From contig LSRY02000062.1 in the NCBI GenBank assembly GCA_001643675.2, forward strand, positions 1 through 64,000: a stretch of 64,000 nucleotides of DNA, written 5' to 3'. A program made the position numbers and the translations under genes. Within the stretch, counting starts at the first letter, position 1; each line of letters opens with the position of its first letter. The notes under the pieces were generated by a model that was given only the letters and a program-made list of their open reading frames with translations, ran no database searches and had not been told where the DNA came from. Shown here one piece after another: positions 61,098 through 64,000 of the stretch. This stretch comes from Monocercomonoides exilis PA203 (lineage: Eukaryota; Protista; Preaxostyla).

Positions 61098-63572
61098 TCA
61101 AGTGTATTCACCCGAATCATTCCACTCTTTTTCATTTGGCTGGCCTTCCCCACTTCTCGAATCTCCAATCTCGCTGCTTTCACCAAAAGATGTGAATTGC
61201 CCATGTTCATCGCAATCATTATCATCACCATCTTCTTCCTCATCCTCCTCATCCTCCTCATCCTCCTCCTCATCCTCCTCCTCTTCTTCTTCATATGAAG
61301 TCCTATAACTCTCATTGCCTCCATATTTCATTCCACCACCGCCACCACCACTGCTGCTGTATTGCATCTGAATGGCACTTCCCTCTTTCCCCATGCACTC
61401 TTCGTCCTCTTCTCCATCGCCCTGTGCTGCTTCACCGCGAAAGGCGCCTGTCTCGTCCCATTCGCGCTGATAGGGCCTCGAAAGGACAGATGCCATCGTC
61501 TCGTTTCTGTTCGTGATGATTGTCGCCAGAAATCGCAGAAGAGGAAGGCTCCACGCCTGGTGCTCTGCAAGCGGCGGCAGAGAGGCAGCCGAGCTGCAAG
61601 AGGAGGCTGATGCCCCGCTCGCCAGCTGCCGAGGCTTCAGCACAGAATCCAGCAGAGGAGACAGCGACGAGAAAAGAGACAGGCACAGCCCTGTCTTCAC
61701 CAGCACCGCCTGATACGAATGCACCAGCGTGGCCGAAGACAGCGCCAGCGACATCCTCTGCGCATGCCACGCGGCTGGGCGATGGGAAGGTGGCACTGGC
61801 ACAAACAAAGGCAACAAAGCATCCCTCACCACCCCAACCATCGCACTCATCTCCTTCCGCGCCAGAAGCCCGCTTCCTGAAGAAGGGCCTGCCCTCTCGC
61901 TTGCCCCTCCCATTCCGCTTTTGCTGCCTGCACCCCCTTCCTTCTCCTCGACTGCACAGCCACACTCCTCCCACTCCCTCTCGCTCACCCACAGCATCGC
62001 ATGCTCCACCACGACGCCTCTGCTCCTCTCTGCTGCCTCCCGCTGCTTCGCCGTCTTCTTCTCTGCTGCACCCCGCCGATCCCCCAACCCACCCGAAGCC
62101 GAGCCAGACGGCAAAGAGCCAGCGAGCGACGCTGCACTCGGCGATGCAGCTTTCTGTATTTGCGCAATCAGCGAAACAGCCCTGTCCTTGCTCGTGCTCC
62201 GCCCTGCTCCCTGCTTTGCCCCGCCAGCTGCCCTGCCGCTCCTCCCAGCGCTGCTGCTCCTCGGCAACGCCATCCCATGGATTGGCACTGCGCCAGCCAT
62301 TCCCGATGCTTTAGGAGATGGAGATGGAGATGGAGATGGAGACGGTTGAGACAAAAGAGATGACAGAGACTGCCTTCCTGCAATTGTTGATGCTCCGCGT
62401 CTGCCTTTCTCTCTTGTGCTCGATGCCTCGGCCTCTGCCTCTGCCTCTTCCCCCTTCCTCTTTGCCCCAACCTCCAAGCCCTCACTGCTGTTGCACCCAC
62501 GCACACTCTCTTTCCCCACCCCGCCTTTTGCGCTGTGAGATCCAGAACCGAGTGCCCCTCCCTTCTCTCTGCCCATCTCAAACAGGCTGTACACAAGCGC
62601 TGTGATCCCCATCCCTCGCTGCAGCAGCGGAATGCACTGCTTCAGCAGCTGCTCCAGAAGTCGCACTGCCCCCGGCGTCTTTTCTGCAAACAGCGACAGC
62701 ACCCGGTCAGACGCGCTGCTGACGGGGACAGGCGCGCTCCCCAGCGATGCAGCCTTCGCCACAAGCGGCGTGATCGAATAAAGCGACTGATACACACTCT
62801 CCGACAGAATCGACATCTGCATGTGCGGGGGCAGAAAGCGCAGCGCCCCATGCCCCAGCGGCCGCGTCGACGCAACGTTGTGCACAAGCGGCTGCAGCGC
62901 TGCCTTCTGCTCCAGCACCGCCTTCGACCCTGCCAGCGGGGCAAGCGGAAACAGCGGCGCCTCTGCCTTTGCCTCTGAGCGTTCTTCTTCCTCCCAAGCC
63001 CCCTCCTCGCCCCCAGAGCCAAGCCCCGACTGCGCAGCCCTCCCTGCAGGCCACCGCTCCTCCGTCGTCTCCCACATGTACGACGCCCGGTGCAGCGTGT
63101 TGCAGAACTGTGAAAACGACCCAGCTGCAATTTTCGCTTTTCGCCCCTCTTCTGCGCCCCCGCTCCCTTTGCACCCCTGGCCCACCTCCCTCTGGGCTGC
63201 CCATCTCGACCGCTGCTGGTGCAGATGCCGCACATAGCGCTGGATGTTCTGCGCCTGCGACAGCCCCTGAAAACTGCTTCCGGGCTTCGGCCCCGCCTGC
63301 ACGCGCACCGGAGACGGCTTCCGCGCCGCCTGCCCAGAAATCATCTTTGCCTTCTCCAGGCGCGACCGCGTTATCACCGCCACCGACGGCGCCATCTGCG
63401 GCTGCGCAGGCGCTTCGATTGCCGTGAAATGCTCGTCCTTCCCGAGCCCCGTCTGCAGGAAGCGCAGCGACTCCCGCAGCTCGCTGTTCACAACGGCCGC
63501 GTGGCTGGCCTGCGCCTCCAGCCGCGCATAGATGCGCACCAGCCGAAGGGAGAGCTCTTTGAAGTTCTGCAT
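61098..63572 (-). CDS. Hypothetical 824-aa low-complexity protein
   Basis: Long GC-rich ORF with G-rich sense strand and an acidic C-terminus. A short upstream exon (63643-63626, MIEHVE) spliced at TATGCAG would be in frame. No domain recognised. Confidence 0.6.
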   Translation of the reverse strand: MQNFKELSLRLVRIYARLEAQASHAAVVNSELRESLRFLQTGLGKDEHFTAIEAPAQPQMAPSVAVITRSRLEKAKMISGQAARKPSPVRVQAGPKPGSSFQGLSQAQNIQRYVRHLHQQRSRWAAQREVGQGCKGSGGAEEGRKAKIAAGSFSQFCNTLHRASYMWETTEERWPAGRAAQSGLGSGGEEGAWEEEERSEAKAEAPLFPLAPLAGSKAVLEQKAALQPLVHNVASTRPLGHGALRFLPPHMQMSILSESVYQSLYSITPLVAKAASLGSAPVPVSSASDRVLSLFAEKTPGAVRLLEQLLKQCIPLLQRGMGITALVYSLFEMGREKGGALGSGSHSAKGGVGKESVRGCNSSEGLEVGAKRKGEEAEAEAEASSTREKGRRGASTIAGRQSLSSLLSQPSPSPSPSPSPKASGMAGAVPIHGMALPRSSSAGRSGRAAGGAKQGAGRSTSKDRAVSLIAQIQKAASPSAASLAGSLPSGSASGGLGDRRGAAEKKTAKQREAAERSRGVVVEHAMLWVSEREWEECGCAVEEKEGGAGSKSGMGGASERAGPSSGSGLLARKEMSAMVGVVRDALLPLFVPVPPSHRPAAWHAQRMSLALSSATLVHSYQAVLVKTGLCLSLFSSLSPLLDSVLKPRQLASGASASSCSSAASLPPLAEHQAWSLPLLRFLATIITNRNETMASVLSRPYQREWDETGAFRGEAAQGDGEEDEECMGKEGSAIQMQYSSSGGGGGGMKYGGNESYRTSYEEEEEEDEEEDEEDEEDEEEDGDDNDCDEHGQFTSFGESSEIGDSRSGEGQPNEKEWNDSGEYT
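62316..62345. repeat. (GATGGA)n hexamer repeat encoding Pro-Ser repeats on the minus strand
   Basis: gagatggagatggagatggagatggagacgg, translating as PSPSPSPSPSP. Confidence 0.7.
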
Positions 63573-63928
63573 AAATTATTGTGGGCGCCTCAATTGATTT
63601 TTTTTTATTTTTGATAACTGTCAACCTCAACATGCTCAATCATAGCAAAATAAACAATCTGTAGATATGAAGGATAGAAATGGAAATGCAATTTTTTTCC
63701 TTTGTTTTTCTTTCTTTTTTACAAAAAGAATTATTATCTCGAAAACAACAAACGGAAAAGCGGAAAAGAACAGAAAAACAGAAAGCACTGAACAAAACAC
63801 AAAAACAAAAAAATCGCCAATTCTTTGCTTTGTCTTCAGCCCCACATCCACGCAACAGCACAGCCAAGGTTCCTTTCACAAAGCCTTGTGTTCTCAAAAA
63901 TACACAGCAAGAAAGCCACCACACACCC

Positions 63929-64000
63929 TCACAGAAACACCATTGCCTCCAGCTTCTCCACAATCGCCTCAAAACTCGGACGCACATGCACGTCAGACTG
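63929..64000 (-). CDS. C-terminal end of a protein kinase (TKL-like), truncated by the window edge
   Basis: Reads QSDVHVRPSFEAIVEKLEAMVFL*, resembling kinase subdomain XI (RPSF..I...L). Only 24 codons are visible. Confidence 0.55.
   Translation of the reverse strand, partial: QSDVHVRPSFEAIVEKLEAMVFL

Noticed and set aside
61295-63639. Many overlapping ORFs on both strands around the 824-aa gene
   Set aside because: Expected by-products of high GC; only 61098-63572 (-) has a continuous long frame with the G-ending codon pattern.

Overview
Eukaryotic, intron-containing, AT-rich genomic DNA. It is most consistent with an anaerobic metamonad protist, probably an oxymonad such as Monocercomonoides. 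That assignment is my inference from the archaeal-type AlaRS, the short GT-AG introns and the large Cys/Gly-rich receptor family. Stop usage indicates the standard genetic code. Housekeeping genes: archaeal-type alanyl-tRNA synthetase, DOCK-C/D Rho GEF, NEK kinase, gamma-tubulin complex protein GCP3, class II-like eIF4E with an RGG tail, AMPK/SNF1 alpha, and an intronless bacterial-type GNAT. The accessory content has five parts. (i) Two ~2600-aa single-pass surface proteins have divergent four-module ectodomains but share an essentially identical 1.9-kb cassette (cytoplasmic pseudokinase plus ~750 bp downstream), arranged as an inverted repeat (4553-6473 vs 40206-42127); a probable third relative runs off the left edge. 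(ii) A 2.15-kb foldback is built from two identical 1015-bp TIR-bounded non-autonomous elements. (iii) A decayed Merlin/IS1595 transposase. (iv) A TmcB-like multi-pass membrane protein pseudogene ending in a hemerythrin-like domain. (v) Orphan GC-rich ORFs. Several frameshifts fall in homopolymer runs and are probably sequencing errors. All alignments were done by eye; no database searches were run.
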